From: Escherichia phage vB_EcoM_11B_SA_NWU
Strand: one strand, 5' to 3'
Length of the DNA stretch: 64,000 nt
Sequence record: OR062527
Of this stretch, positions 1 to 9,041 are shown piece by piece; the stretch's first letter is position 1; each line of letters starts with the position of its first letter. The notes below the pieces were generated by a model. It saw nothing but the letters and a program-made list of their open reading frames with translations, did not search any database and was not told the DNA's origin. The position numbers were made by a program, and so were the translations under genes.

Positions 1-1395
1 AAAATCTTCACGACCACGGGATTTAATTGTCTCATTAAATTCTTCATCTAATGTAAACACATAATCCGCTTCCATTATTTTAAGATAATGGTTAATCTGC
101 TTATTAAATAATGGAATGTACTTTTTAATAATAGCACCTTTAATACCAGAATCTTTGAGCATATCAGTCAAAATTCCTCGGTGGTATTTTTCCATTACTA
201 AATTAGTTTTTGTCTTAACAATTTTATCAAGTTCTTCTTGAAGCAGTGCTATTTCATCAGCATGGTCAATAAACTCAGAAGATGCTTTTTCTATAGCTGC
301 TTTAACTTTTTTAGCTTTATCTACTGTCGTGATTAGAGATTGCTTTTTATTGCGAATATCATTTGCCAACGACTGCTGGGTTTTAATATTATCTCGGTAT
401 TCATCAACAAGAACTTTTAAATTATCACGGTGTGTTGAAAGCTGTTCAAACGAATGCGTGCATTCAGAAACTTTATCTTTAATTTTAGAAACAACTTTAT
501 CACCGGAACTCAATTGTGACAAACAGGTTGGACATAATCCACCTTCGTGATACATATTAATGACTTTATTATACGAGTCAATTTTTGATTTAATTAAAAC
601 TGCTTCTTGACCGATTTTATTAAATGCATCAGTCGGGTCTTCGTCTAAAACAATATTAACTAATCTTTCATTAGCTTCTTCTATTTCCGATTTTAGCGTT
701 CTAGCTTCTTTTGCCAAATCATCATACATATTTTGCAGACGAGTAAGATTGTCACCCGTTAATTTTTTCTGGCGTTCAACGTTATCATTATATATTTTAA
801 TTTGTTGGATAATACTATCTTTTTTAACATCAAGCACTTGGTTTTGTGAATTTAATTCACGTATTAGTGCTTTATTAAGCTTATCCATTTCAGCTAATGT
901 TCCTACCTCAAGCAGGTCTTCCACAAGCTTTCTTCGCGCAGGGGTCGACAAACCCATGAAAGGGGTATACCCTGCTGTACCAAGGACAACAATCTGCTTG
1001 AAACTGGCATATGACATTCCGATAAGCTGTTCAAATTCTGCTTGGAAATCTTTACTGCTGGCAGATTCATTAAGACGTGTACCGTTAACGGTGATTTCGA
1101 AAACGTTTGGTTTTTGTCCTCTTTTGATATAGTACTTTTTCTCATCATATTCCATCCACAGTTCAACTAAAAGTTCTTTCTTATTTGTGCTGTTTATTAA
1201 TTGACCTTTCTTTACATCACGAAATGGCTTACCAAAAAGCCCAAATGTGATGGCTTCTAACATAGTAGACTTACCACCGCCATTTCGTCCAGTAATAAGA
1301 GTTTTTTGAACCTTATCTAATTGAATGTCAATAGGATTTCCACCTACTGACATTATATTTTGATACCTAACTCGGTTTAGTTTAAAATTTTTCAC
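1..1395 (-). CDS. 46: Recombination endonuclease subunit gp46 (Rad50/SbcC-like ATPase), N-terminal ~465 aa; C-terminus runs off window edge
   Basis: Minus-strand frame open to position 1; Walker A LITGRNGGGKST near N-terminus; probable GTG start at 1395 (VKNFKLNRV...MSVGGNPIDIQ); sits downstream of gp47 as in T4. Confidence 0.8.
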   Translation of the reverse strand, partial: MKNFKLNRVRYQNIMSVGGNPIDIQLDKVQKTLITGRNGGGKSTMLEAITFGLFGKPFRDVKKGQLINSTNKKELLVELWMEYDEKKYYIKRGQKPNVFEITVNGTRLNESASSKDFQAEFEQLIGMSYASFKQIVVLGTAGYTPFMGLSTPARRKLVEDLLEVGTLAEMDKLNKALIRELNSQNQVLDVKKDSIIQQIKIYNDNVERQKKLTGDNLTRLQNMYDDLAKEARTLKSEIEEANERLVNIVLDEDPTDAFNKIGQEAVLIKSKIDSYNKVINMYHEGGLCPTCLSQLSSGDKVVSKIKDKVSECTHSFEQLSTHRDNLKVLVDEYRDNIKTQQSLANDIRNKKQSLITTVDKAKKVKAAIEKASSEFIDHADEIALLQEELDKIVKTKTNLVMEKYHRGILTDMLKDSGIKGAIIKKYIPLFNKQINHYLKIMEADYVFTLDEEFNETIKSRGREDF

Positions 1396-1655
1396 AAAAG
1401 ATTCCTTTTAATGTATCTTTTAGACCATTCTATCATATCATCATAATCTAAAAAGTATTCATCAAATTCAGCCATGCAAACAACGCCTTGTGCTGCTTTT
1501 GATGTGATATAAATTATTCCAACATATCTAGAATCTTCTTCGGTATAATCAATATTTGCTATGAATTCATCATTAATGTCAAATGTCGAAAACTTCACAG
1601 TATGCATCCTTAATACAAGATACAGCCATATCTTGTAATGATTTAGGTGTGTCAT
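1392..1655 (-). CDS. hypothetical small protein (46.1/46.2 position)
   Basis: 87-aa ORF between 47 and 46; overlaps next ORF by 77 nt so true start may be internal. Confidence 0.4.
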   Translation of the reverse strand: MTHLNHYKIWLYLVLRMHTVKFSTFDINDEFIANIDYTEEDSRYVGIIYITSKAAQGVVCMAEFDEYFLDYDDMIEWSKRYIKRNLL

Positions 1656-1842
1656 TATCTAAAATGTTGAAGTTAAAAGATACGGCCCAGTCAGTGCAGA
1701 CCGTTACCTTTTTAATACAATTATCTTCAACCTCTAACGGTTCAAACCAATATTCAATAATTTCTTTATGACCAATATCATCTTTTACTTCGCATTCAAA
1801 ATGCTGACTCATCATAACATTTTTAAATTCATCAAAAGTCAT
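1579..1842 (-). CDS. hypothetical small protein
   Basis: 87-aa ORF, ATGA overlap with stop of gene 47. Confidence 0.45.
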   Translation of the reverse strand: MTFDEFKNVMMSQHFECEVKDDIGHKEIIEYWFEPLEVEDNCIKKVTVCTDWAVSFNFNILDNDTPKSLQDMAVSCIKDAYCEVFDI

Positions 1843-2858
1843 TGTGTTGCCTCTACATATAACTGATTTGCATATTGAATAAGTGCTTCGCGATCAGAAT
1901 CAGTGATGTCTGGAATTGCATTAATGTATTCTTCCATCAATGTCTGAAGAGATTGAACTTCAACTTCTTCACTATCATCTGACTCGACAGAGTTATCAAT
2001 CTTTGACACAACTCGTAATGAATGCACAACTTTTTCTAGTTCAGATTCGAACTTCGTTAGATTTTTGTCTACTTCAGTTACTATAACACGTACTGATAGA
2101 TTTGTAAAATCTTTATAGTCAATTTTTCCTTTAAATGGATAATGAATTCTACGATGCCAGGTAGTATTGTTTGGAATAAATTCCATTCGTTCTGTTTCTG
2201 TATCAAACATCCAGAACCCACGAGGGTCATTCTCGTCACCTGCAGTTAGTGTCCATGGTGTCCCAATATATCTGACGTTAGCAGCCTCAGAGATAGTATG
2301 GAAGTGACCAGACCACACTTCTTTATAAGTCTTAAGGAAATCAGGTTCAAGACCATGAGATTTCATTCCTTTATAAAAATAAAATCCGTTCAGTTCCCAG
2401 TGACCAACGCAAAAAGAAGCAGATGAAGTTTTGATGTGTTCAAGAATTTCACCAGTATTTTCTTCACACATCCAAGGAATTAAATCAATTAAACATCCGT
2501 CAAAATCTACTGTAGTAGGCTTATCATACACTTTAACATTAGGATATTTAGCCAAAAGCTCAGTAGAGGCATTTGGAGTTAAAGTATTTTTAAAGTGCAT
2601 ATCATGGTTTCCTACAACAGTATGTAGGGTAATACCAGCATCATCAAGCATTTGAACTATTTCACGAGCAAACTCCATAGTTTTATGCGTGATTGCTTTT
2701 CGCACATCAAAAATATCGCCGTATTGAATCCAGGTAGTAATTCCATTTTTCTTAGAATATTCTATTGCTTGTTTAATTCCATCCAACTGAATGGATTGAA
2801 CCCACTCATCATCGGCTTTAACACCTAAATGCCAATCACCTAAATTTAAAATTTTCAT
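1839..2858 (-). CDS. 47: Recombination endonuclease subunit gp47 (Mre11-like phosphoesterase)
   Basis: 339 aa; metallophosphoesterase motifs LGDWHLG, GDIFD, GNHD; length as T4 gp47. Confidence 0.9.
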   Translation of the reverse strand: MKILNLGDWHLGVKADDEWVQSIQLDGIKQAIEYSKKNGITTWIQYGDIFDVRKAITHKTMEFAREIVQMLDDAGITLHTVVGNHDMHFKNTLTPNASTELLAKYPNVKVYDKPTTVDFDGCLIDLIPWMCEENTGEILEHIKTSSASFCVGHWELNGFYFYKGMKSHGLEPDFLKTYKEVWSGHFHTISEAANVRYIGTPWTLTAGDENDPRGFWMFDTETERMEFIPNNTTWHRRIHYPFKGKIDYKDFTNLSVRVIVTEVDKNLTKFESELEKVVHSLRVVSKIDNSVESDDSEEVEVQSLQTLMEEYINAIPDITDSDREALIQYANQLYVEATQ

Positions 2859-3018
2859 ATATCAAGAACCGTCATTGAAATGCAAAATAAAATTATTGAA
2901 ATAAACCCATCTGATGTGCTAAAGAACCCAATCCAACATGCTCTAGTGAATAGATAAAATGCAAGAAAAAGTATCACATATCCAAGAAATATCATTATAT
3001 CAAACTCCGTATAAAGCT

Positions 3019-3036
3019 AAAGGGCCGAAGCCCTTT
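3019..3036 (-). terminator. stem-loop with UUCG loop on minus-strand RNA at 3-prime end of a-gt
   Basis: aaagggccgaagcccttt palindrome; minus-strand RNA has C(UUCG)G loop and U-rich tail. Confidence 0.5.
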
Positions 3037-4237
3037 ATTTTGTAATAATGTCAAACTGTTCTTTAAAGCAGAAGCTTGAATCTTGATGCTGATACAAAAA
3101 TTCATAAGCTTTTTCGCGTTCGCGGTCATAAAGAGTTCGGTCAGATGACAGTTCTTTAATACGTTCAAATGTTGATTCCATGTCATTTTCATCAAACCAA
3201 ATGATACCGCTATCATGCGAGGTCAAAGGAGTATTATCAACACGGAATTTTAAATTTTCGCCAGTAGATTTCCAAAATACCGGAATTGTTCCACATGCAC
3301 CAAGCTCGAGATGAGTATATTCTAAAGAACGTTGTAGATATTTTTTATCTAATTTACTCAGCTGATAACCAAATCCGGATTTACTCATACGTTCAAGCAT
3401 TTCGCTATTTACATAACGGTCGAGAATTTGCGTTGGCAAATTAGGAGCAATTTTAATTTGGTCTACTTGATGAAGACGATAATACTCGTATGGAATTCCT
3501 TTTTCTTTAATAGGAATGAACGCTGGAGAACGTTCCAGACCTTCCATAATAGTACTCAATCCTGCAGGTTTAAGATGTTTTTCATGAAAATCAAACATCT
3601 GATAAAAGCCTTTCCATGTAGTCGTACGACCAATCCAACGGTTGACATTCATATTAATTTCAGAAACATCTTTCCAGTAGGTTGATCGAACCTTCGCAAT
3701 ATCCATAGGAGGTTGAAAGTTATATACTGTCGGTGCTTCTTCAATATCATCAAACAGAGAAACTGTTTCTGGATACCATTCTTTCATCAGAACTTTATTA
3801 AAATCACCATTATCAGAATGACTGAAAATAACATCAGCTCGACGAACAGTTTCTTCTAATCCCAAATTTCGGCGCAAAGAAAGAGAAGAATGGTCATGTT
3901 GATAAACTACAACACGAACAGAAGGTTTAATGTTATCAATAATTTTTTTATAGTTATTAATAGTGTCTTCTTCAACCGAAGTAGCAGGAACTGAATTGAT
4001 AATTAGAATATCACAATCATTTACCAGCTTAAGTGTTTTATCGTATTCTTTTGCCAATAAAACCGGAATTGAAAATGATTTATAATCATGCGCACAATTA
4101 CGAGTAAATGATTTATCTTTAGCATAAACCAAAGTTACTTCATGACCATTTTTAATAAACCAATCACGTTGCTCAAGAGAAAATTTAGTTACACCACAAC
4201 CTTCAAGACCTCGAGCCATAAAAATACATACTTTCAT
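3035..4237 (-). CDS. a-gt: DNA alpha-glucosyltransferase
   Basis: 400 aa, N-terminus MKVCIFMARGLEGCGVTKFS; length and position as T4 a-gt. Confidence 0.85.
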   Translation of the reverse strand: MKVCIFMARGLEGCGVTKFSLEQRDWFIKNGHEVTLVYAKDKSFTRNCAHDYKSFSIPVLLAKEYDKTLKLVNDCDILIINSVPATSVEEDTINNYKKIIDNIKPSVRVVVYQHDHSSLSLRRNLGLEETVRRADVIFSHSDNGDFNKVLMKEWYPETVSLFDDIEEAPTVYNFQPPMDIAKVRSTYWKDVSEINMNVNRWIGRTTTWKGFYQMFDFHEKHLKPAGLSTIMEGLERSPAFIPIKEKGIPYEYYRLHQVDQIKIAPNLPTQILDRYVNSEMLERMSKSGFGYQLSKLDKKYLQRSLEYTHLELGACGTIPVFWKSTGENLKFRVDNTPLTSHDSGIIWFDENDMESTFERIKELSSDRTLYDREREKAYEFLYQHQDSSFCFKEQFDIITK

Positions 4238-4287
4238 TTAATATCCTCTTTGTTTTGGTTTATTTTACCAAAAATTTATAAAGCAAT

Positions 4288-4307
4288 ATAGGAGCCGAAG
4301 CTCCTAT
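4288..4307 (-). terminator. UUCG-loop hairpin
   Basis: taggagccgaagctccta palindrome. Confidence 0.4.
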
Positions 4308-4474
4308 CCGCATAATACGCCATACAGAGGCTCGTTAGAACTTTTAAATTTTATGCGCTTATATGTTATAGTTCCTTCTGCTTTAGCTTTATCATGAGAC
4401 TCTTTAAAGCGTCTCATCATTTCCTCTTTAGAGGAACGAATTTTATTATCTATTTCAGAAGTCTGGGTGTTCAT
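4304..4474 (-). CDS. hypothetical small protein (56 aa)
   Basis: Hand-translated ORF MNTQTSEIDNK... below the six-frame track length cutoff. Confidence 0.3.
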   Translation of the reverse strand: MNTQTSEIDNKIRSSKEEMMRRFKESHDKAKAEGTITYKRIKFKSSNEPLYGVLCG

Positions 4475-4477
4475 CTT

Positions 4478-4684
4478 TCATAACTGCCACCATTTTTTGA
4501 CTTGATAAGAATCAACCCACACTTTCATATTAGGGTCTGCTCTTACAATAGGAGGATTAACTTCTTTAATTGAACTATCATGGTATTCTTTTTCAGAAAT
4601 TTTCACACAAAGATGACCATTCAAAGATTCAGTAAATCCTGCATTAATTTTAAGACGCTTGAATTTTACGTGTGTAAGCATCAA
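4478..4684 (-). CDS. hypothetical protein
   Basis: 68-aa ORF on early strand. Confidence 0.35.
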   Translation of the reverse strand: MMLTHVKFKRLKINAGFTESLNGHLCVKISEKEYHDSSIKEVNPPIVRADPNMKVWVDSYQVKKWWQL

Positions 4685-4967
4685 TCATATCCTCAATCTG
4701 CGATCTAGTAGTCTTCCAAAGAATACTGATGAGTTCATCGTTATATGGCTGTTTTAGAATATCCCGACTTTTCTTGATAGCATATTCGTATTGAGCAAAA
4801 TTATTGTTTTCAGCTGCGATCTGGGCGTGCTTATAAAGACGATTCAGTTCGCGTTTGTTTTTAGACAATAACTTATTTGCTTTTCTTTCTGCTTCAAGAC
4901 GGTTCTTTTCTTCAATAGAAGAAATAAGCTTTTCCACTTCATCATTAATTTCGGGTTTATCAGTCAT
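4650..4967 (-). CDS. hypothetical protein
   Basis: 105-aa ORF, basic and coiled-coil rich. Confidence 0.45.
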   Translation of the reverse strand: MTDKPEINDEVEKLISSIEEKNRLEAERKANKLLSKNKRELNRLYKHAQIAAENNNFAQYEYAIKKSRDILKQPYNDELISILWKTTRSQIEDMIDAYTRKIQAS

Positions 4968-4968
4968 A

Positions 4969-5187
4969 TTATTTCTCTAGTATAAAATAAAAATCATCAT
5001 CTGTTAAATGATACCGATAGTTTAATTCTACACCATTAGATTTAAAAGCGGTATCATACGGATTTTCTGGATCAATATCAATGTCAAGAGCTAAAACTTC
5101 CCTAAGATACATTTTAAGTAAATAGGGAATAGCTTCAACTTCAGGTATTTCTTCCAAGAATCCGGAGAGGTTAATCGTTAGCCTCAT
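4969..5187 (-). CDS. hypothetical protein
   Basis: 72-aa ORF immediately downstream of gene 55. Confidence 0.45.
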
Positions 5188-5728
5188 ATAAAAAATCCAA
5201 ACTAGGAGAATCGTCTACAACACTTTTCTTTTCAGCCCCCGGTGTTCTATAGGTTGATTCTTCGTAATGCGTCATTTTATCGTAGATGTCTTGAATAAAA
5301 GTTTCATCTACTAACGCAACCATATCGTCGTCACGGCTGTCATAGACATTGTGAACGAAGTAACTATATTTCTTTGCAACTTCCTTACGTTCTTTTTTAA
5401 TACGTTGGACGAATGCATTAAAACAAGCTTGAGTTATATATGCATGTGGGTTTTTATATTTCGTTTCATCAAAATTATGAAGCCCCTTAATAGAAGCTTC
5501 TATACCATCTGCAATCATTTCTTGTTTCCAAGACTGGGTGTATCCTGAAAAGTTGAAACGTTTAGATAAGCCTTCTGCAATAAGCATAATGGCTAATCCG
5601 ATAGTATCATTCTGACGAACTACTTTATTTGGGTCTTTATTATTTGCTAATTCTGTTTTCCAATCAATAATAGCTTGTAAAAGCTCTTTATTGTTTACGT
5701 AATTATATTTAGGCTTAGTTTCTGACAT
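5171..5728 (-). CDS. 55: Late-transcription sigma factor gp55
   Basis: Starts [20 protein letters not shown]; 185 aa from the internal Met of the tracked ORF. Confidence 0.9.
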
Positions 5729-5806
5729 TTTCACCTCTTAGCTCAATTCATAGATCTATTATATCATAATATTTGAAGACCTATCTTAAAGCACAGAGGA
5801 TATCAG

Positions 5807-6076
5807 TTATCTAAGTAAACAGTATGCTTGGAACACTTTCTCCATCATCTTTTTAAATTCATGAATATCTATATAATGACTAGTTAAATCAGCATGATAT
5901 AAAAAGTCTAAAAACTTTTCATGAGTGCTAACATATTCACTTTCATTTAATTCAGAAACATGACTTTCCCAATATCCAACACCAGTCTTATTTGGGAAAA
6001 ATGAAATTTTCATGTATTGGTCAACATAGAAAATGCCATAATTTTCAATAGTAATAGAAATATTAATAAATTTCAT
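5807..6076 (-). CDS. hypothetical protein
   Basis: 89-aa ORF. Confidence 0.4.
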   Translation of the reverse strand: MKFINISITIENYGIFYVDQYMKISFFPNKTGVGYWESHVSELNESEYVSTHEKFLDFLYHADLTSHYIDIHEFKKMMEKVFQAYCLLR

Positions 6077-6288
6077 GCATTCATCAACTTAGCCGCTCCA
6101 AGAGCTGCATCTAGTGAATCAAATTGGTCAACATATTCAATCAATTCGCCGTAATTGGCATATAACCACCATTGGCTAAATTCATACTCAAGGATGAATC
6201 CGTTTCCTTCAATTTGAGTTAAACCAATGCCATTTGTATTTACTTCATATCCAGCAAGACGCAAATCGTTAATAAGAGCTTCGTTCAT
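6073..6288 (-). CDS. hypothetical protein
   Basis: 71-aa ORF, 4-nt overlap with neighbour. Confidence 0.45.
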   Translation of the reverse strand: MNEALINDLRLAGYEVNTNGIGLTQIEGNGFILEYEFSQWWLYANYGELIEYVDQFDSLDAALGAAKLMNA

Positions 6289-6290
6289 AA

Positions 6291-6617
6291 TTATACCTTA
6301 GTAATTTTCAGGTCTGCAAATTTTTTCTTGCGTTGATTTTTCATACGACGAATAGTTTTATCGGAAATTTCATGCTTTTGATAAGCTTTAGATTCTACAC
6401 CAAAAGCTTTAACATCAAATTCTGACAAGATATATTGAACCAACAATTCACGGACAGTATTGCGTCCAATCTTCTGATCATTCTGTTTCATCGTCTGATG
6501 AAGCTCTTTTTCCCATTTATCCAAAATTTGAGGAGTTACAATATCGCCTTTTTCTAGCAAAGAAACTACTTTATCATATGCGTAAGAATTAATGACGTTT
6601 TTAATTTGAATAGTCAT
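6291..6617 (-). CDS. hypothetical protein
   Basis: 108-aa ORF. Confidence 0.45.
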   Translation of the reverse strand: MTIQIKNVINSYAYDKVVSLLEKGDIVTPQILDKWEKELHQTMKQNDQKIGRNTVRELLVQYILSEFDVKAFGVESKAYQKHEISDKTIRRMKNQRKKKFADLKITKV

Positions 6618-6654
6618 ACATTATCCTCAATTACGTTAAAATTTTATTATCCAA

Positions 6655-6672
6655 AAAGGGCCGAAGCCCTTA
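6655..6672 (-). terminator. UUCG-loop hairpin
   Basis: aagggccgaagccctt palindrome. Confidence 0.4.
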
Positions 6673-6870
6673 GCTAAACTTTTTGGCACCCTTCCAGCCT
6701 TCGTACATCATTGCAGCTGATATTAATATTGCTCCTGCGCATTTTGAATATTTGTGATTCCAAAACCAGTTCAGAAAAACTTCGTCATCAATACCTTGGG
6801 CTATCATATTTTCAAAGAACTGACGACGAGCTTCAGCAATTCGTTGTGATAATTTAGATTCAGGATTCAT
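6670..6870 (-). CDS. hypothetical protein
   Basis: 66-aa ORF. Confidence 0.4.
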   Translation of the reverse strand: MNPESKLSQRIAEARRQFFENMIAQGIDDEVFLNWFWNHKYSKCAGAILISAAMMYEGWKGAKKFS

Positions 6871-7086
6871 TTAAATTTTCCAGTTACCGTTTTCATCAAT
6901 GAATTTAATCCAGTCATTTACTGACCACTTGGTCGTATCGCCTTTTGGAGCAATATTTAAAGTGTATAATCCTTGTTTAAAAAGCATGCGTTTGATATTC
7001 ATATTTTCCTCAGCTGTAACGATAGCACTCGTTTGATTTACGCTTAGCAACTCGTTGAGAAGTATTGTAATCAAAATCATCGTCAA
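6871..7086 (-). CDS. hypothetical protein
   Basis: 71-aa ORF; overlaps upstream ORF so start may be internal. Confidence 0.3.
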   Translation of the reverse strand: MTMILITILLNELLSVNQTSAIVTAEENMNIKRMLFKQGLYTLNIAPKGDTTKWSVNDWIKFIDENGNWKI

Positions 7087-7303
7087 TGTAAACTGATTTT
7101 TTCAACTTTCTTACTTCACCACGTAATTGACGATTTAACTCATCTTTAACTTCTGAATCAATGCCTTTCATTCTACGCCATTTATCAGAGCGAAAAATGT
7201 TTTCAACCATATCTTTATGACTTACACCATCAGGAGCTTTACGCTTTCCGAAATAGTCATAATCACGTACTTTTAAATCTTTACGACGATATGTTTTACC
7301 CAT
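7010..7303 (-). CDS. hypothetical basic protein
   Basis: Start taken at internal Met (MGKTYRRKDLK) to avoid overlap. Confidence 0.4.
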   Translation of the reverse strand: MGKTYRRKDLKVRDYDYFGKRKAPDGVSHKDMVENIFRSDKWRRMKGIDSEVKDELNRQLRGEVRKLKKSVYIDDDFDYNTSQRVAKRKSNECYRYS

Positions 7304-7472
7304 GGAGTTTAATTTCCTTAGCAACTGAACTAAATACAGCACGGTCACAAATCATGTGTTTGTTCCATTTAAGTACAGTATAATGAACATCTAGATCATC
7401 TACTGCTGTAACAATAACAATATGTCCGTTAACACGATAATACTGATCCTTTTTAATCTCTTTATCAACCAT
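7296..7472 (-). CDS. hypothetical small protein (58 aa)
   Basis: Hand-translated ORF MVDKEIKKDQYYRVNGH... directly downstream of an early promoter. Confidence 0.35.
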   Translation of the reverse strand: MVDKEIKKDQYYRVNGHIVIVTAVDDLDVHYTVLKWNKHMICDRAVFSSVAKEIKLHG

Positions 7473-7499
7473 ATCAAATCCTCAAAGGCAATTCATATG

Positions 7500-7535
7500 T
7501 TAATAATACCACAGTTTGAACTTCTTGTAAACAAC
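7500..7535 (-). promoter_or_regulatory. T4-type early promoter
   Basis: Minus strand GTTTAC (-35) then ~18 nt then TATTAT. Confidence 0.5.
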
Positions 7536-7613
7536 TTTGTGAAAATTATTTTAGGGAACGATAAGAAGGGAACGATAGCTTAGAATGGTAATATACAGAA
7601 TGCGAGAAAGAAA

Positions 7614-7626
7614 GGCCCAGAGGGCC
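7614..7626 (-). terminator. GC hairpin plus U-rich tract downstream of nrdH
   Basis: ggcccagagggcc palindrome followed on minus strand by TTTCTTTCT. Confidence 0.4.
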
Positions 7627-7630
7627 CGTC

Positions 7631-7954
7631 TTAGTCTTCTATGATATCTCTATCATATCCAAGTGAAATGAGAGTTTCTTTGAAGTGTTTAATGTTCTTT
7701 TGTCTAGAATCATTGATGAAAATGACTGGATAACGAATGTTAAGAGATGTGAATCCAGCGCGTTTAGCAAGAGATACAATCAGTGGACGATCATACTCAA
7801 TCTTACCATTATTTGTAAGAACTTTATAGAAAGTAAAAGGAGCATTGAGCTCCTTTAGAAGTTTTGTAACTGATTGACATCCAGGACAACGACCTACTTC
7901 ATCTGGAATTCCATAGACTTCAATCTTATTCTTTAAGTTCGAGTTTTGTTCCAC
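7631..7954 (-). CDS. nrdH: Glutaredoxin-like protein NrdH
   Basis: CPGC redox motif; tracked ORF extends upstream over neighbour, so a GTG start with AAGGA RBS at 7954 is proposed. Confidence 0.55.
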   Translation of the reverse strand: MEQNSNLKNKIEVYGIPDEVGRCPGCQSVTKLLKELNAPFTFYKVLTNNGKIEYDRPLIVSLAKRAGFTSLNIRYPVIFINDSRQKNIKHFKETLISLGYDRDIIED

Positions 7955-8237
7955 GAGAAATAATTCCTTGGTAAGCCCAATAAGGAGGATTAACAGAATC
8001 CTCACCAGAGTTTTCTTCAGGAAAATAAACCTGGATAACGAAGCCGGATTCATCAAAGGTAAAATAAACCGTAGGCAGTTCACCTAACAAATCGGCACGA
8101 GCGTTGATTTCTTCGAGGTCTTGTTCACGTCCAGCCCAGAAGCTTGGGTTCAGACTACATTCATAGAAATAATAGTCATTACCGAACATATCAAAACCAT
8201 TCCAACTCTCTACTACATACCGCTCAAAACTAATCAT
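7926..8237 (-). CDS. hypothetical protein
   Basis: 103-aa acidic ORF. Confidence 0.45.
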   Translation of the reverse strand: MISFERYVVESWNGFDMFGNDYYFYECSLNPSFWAGREQDLEEINARADLLGELPTVYFTFDESGFVIQVYFPEENSGEDSVNPPYWAYQGIISRGTKLELKE

Positions 8238-8239
8238 AA

Positions 8240-8455
8240 TTAATCCTTTTTATCAAGAACCGCATTCAGCTTGTTAGTAATTTTATCCAGACGCTCATTG
8301 AACTCACTAGAAGATAAGCCCTTTTCTGGAGAAATTAAACTAATCACGAAAAATACAACAATAAAAGGAATAAGAAAAATAGCTCCAACTGCCATAAACA
8401 GAAAGAACGTTACAGTTGTAAGAAAATCAGCTAAACCTTTACGAAATTTATACAT
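8240..8455 (-). CDS. small membrane protein
   Basis: 71 aa with a long hydrophobic segment. Confidence 0.45.
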   Translation of the reverse strand: MYKFRKGLADFLTTVTFFLFMAVGAIFLIPFIVVFFVISLISPEKGLSSSEFNERLDKITNKLNAVLDKKD

Positions 8456-8570
8456 ATTTTACCCTTAATTGATTAACCAAGCATTAATAAGCACTAAACT
8501 ATATTGCGAATAAAATTCTGGACCAAAATGAAAAATCATATCATTTATAGTGTCCATAATATAATTCAAT

Positions 8571-9041
8571 TTAATCATGTTTCCACACCCCATCGGTATT
8601 TGACCAAAGTCGCTGATTATCTGATCCTCGCCACAGCTTTTTAGTCGGAAGATTTTTCTCATACTTCCCATCAATAATAACATCAACATATTTAAGCATT
8701 TCTAGTTGTTTAATATCTTCAAACTTATATCCTGTCCACAACCAAATGCTTTTATTGGGATAAAGATTTTTTACTGTTTGAACCACAGAGTGAATCACGT
8801 CTCTGTTATCAGGATAAAGAGGGTCACCTCCGGTTATAGTTAATCCTTCTATATAATCATTATTCAAACATTCAATCAATTGTTCTAGTGTTTCACCAGT
8901 AAATGGAATACCATTTCTAGCATTCCATGTTGATTTATTATAACACCCTTCGCATTTATGCAAACAACCTGTAACGAAAAGAACGGCCCTGCATCCAGGG
9001 CCATTCACAAAATCGCAAGGATAAAATCTATCATAATTCAT
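8571..9041 (-). CDS. nrdG: Anaerobic ribonucleotide reductase activating protein (radical SAM)
   Basis: 156 aa; CLHKCEGC radical-SAM cysteine motif; ATGA overlap with nrdD. Confidence 0.9.
   Translation of the reverse strand: MNYDRFYPCDFVNGPGCRAVLFVTGCLHKCEGCYNKSTWNARNGIPFTGETLEQLIECLNNDYIEGLTITGGDPLYPDNRDVIHSVVQTVKNLYPNKSIWLWTGYKFEDIKQLEMLKYVDVIIDGKYEKNLPTKKLWRGSDNQRLWSNTDGVWKHD

Noticed and set aside
329-1166. Plus-strand ORFs 329..550 and 749..1132 and minus ORF 903..1166
   Set aside because: They are antisense to or out of frame with the long gp46 reading frame, which has the Walker A motif.
2431-3685. Plus-strand ORFs inside genes 47 and a-gt (2431..2655, 3428..3685) and minus ORF 2995..3216
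   Set aside because: Antisense or overlapping the well-supported 47 and a-gt frames; low-complexity translations.
8465-8689. 74-aa minus-strand ORF overlapping the 3-prime end of nrdG
   Set aside because: It overlaps nrdG by about 119 nt in another frame; only a ~37-aa non-overlapping remnant would remain.
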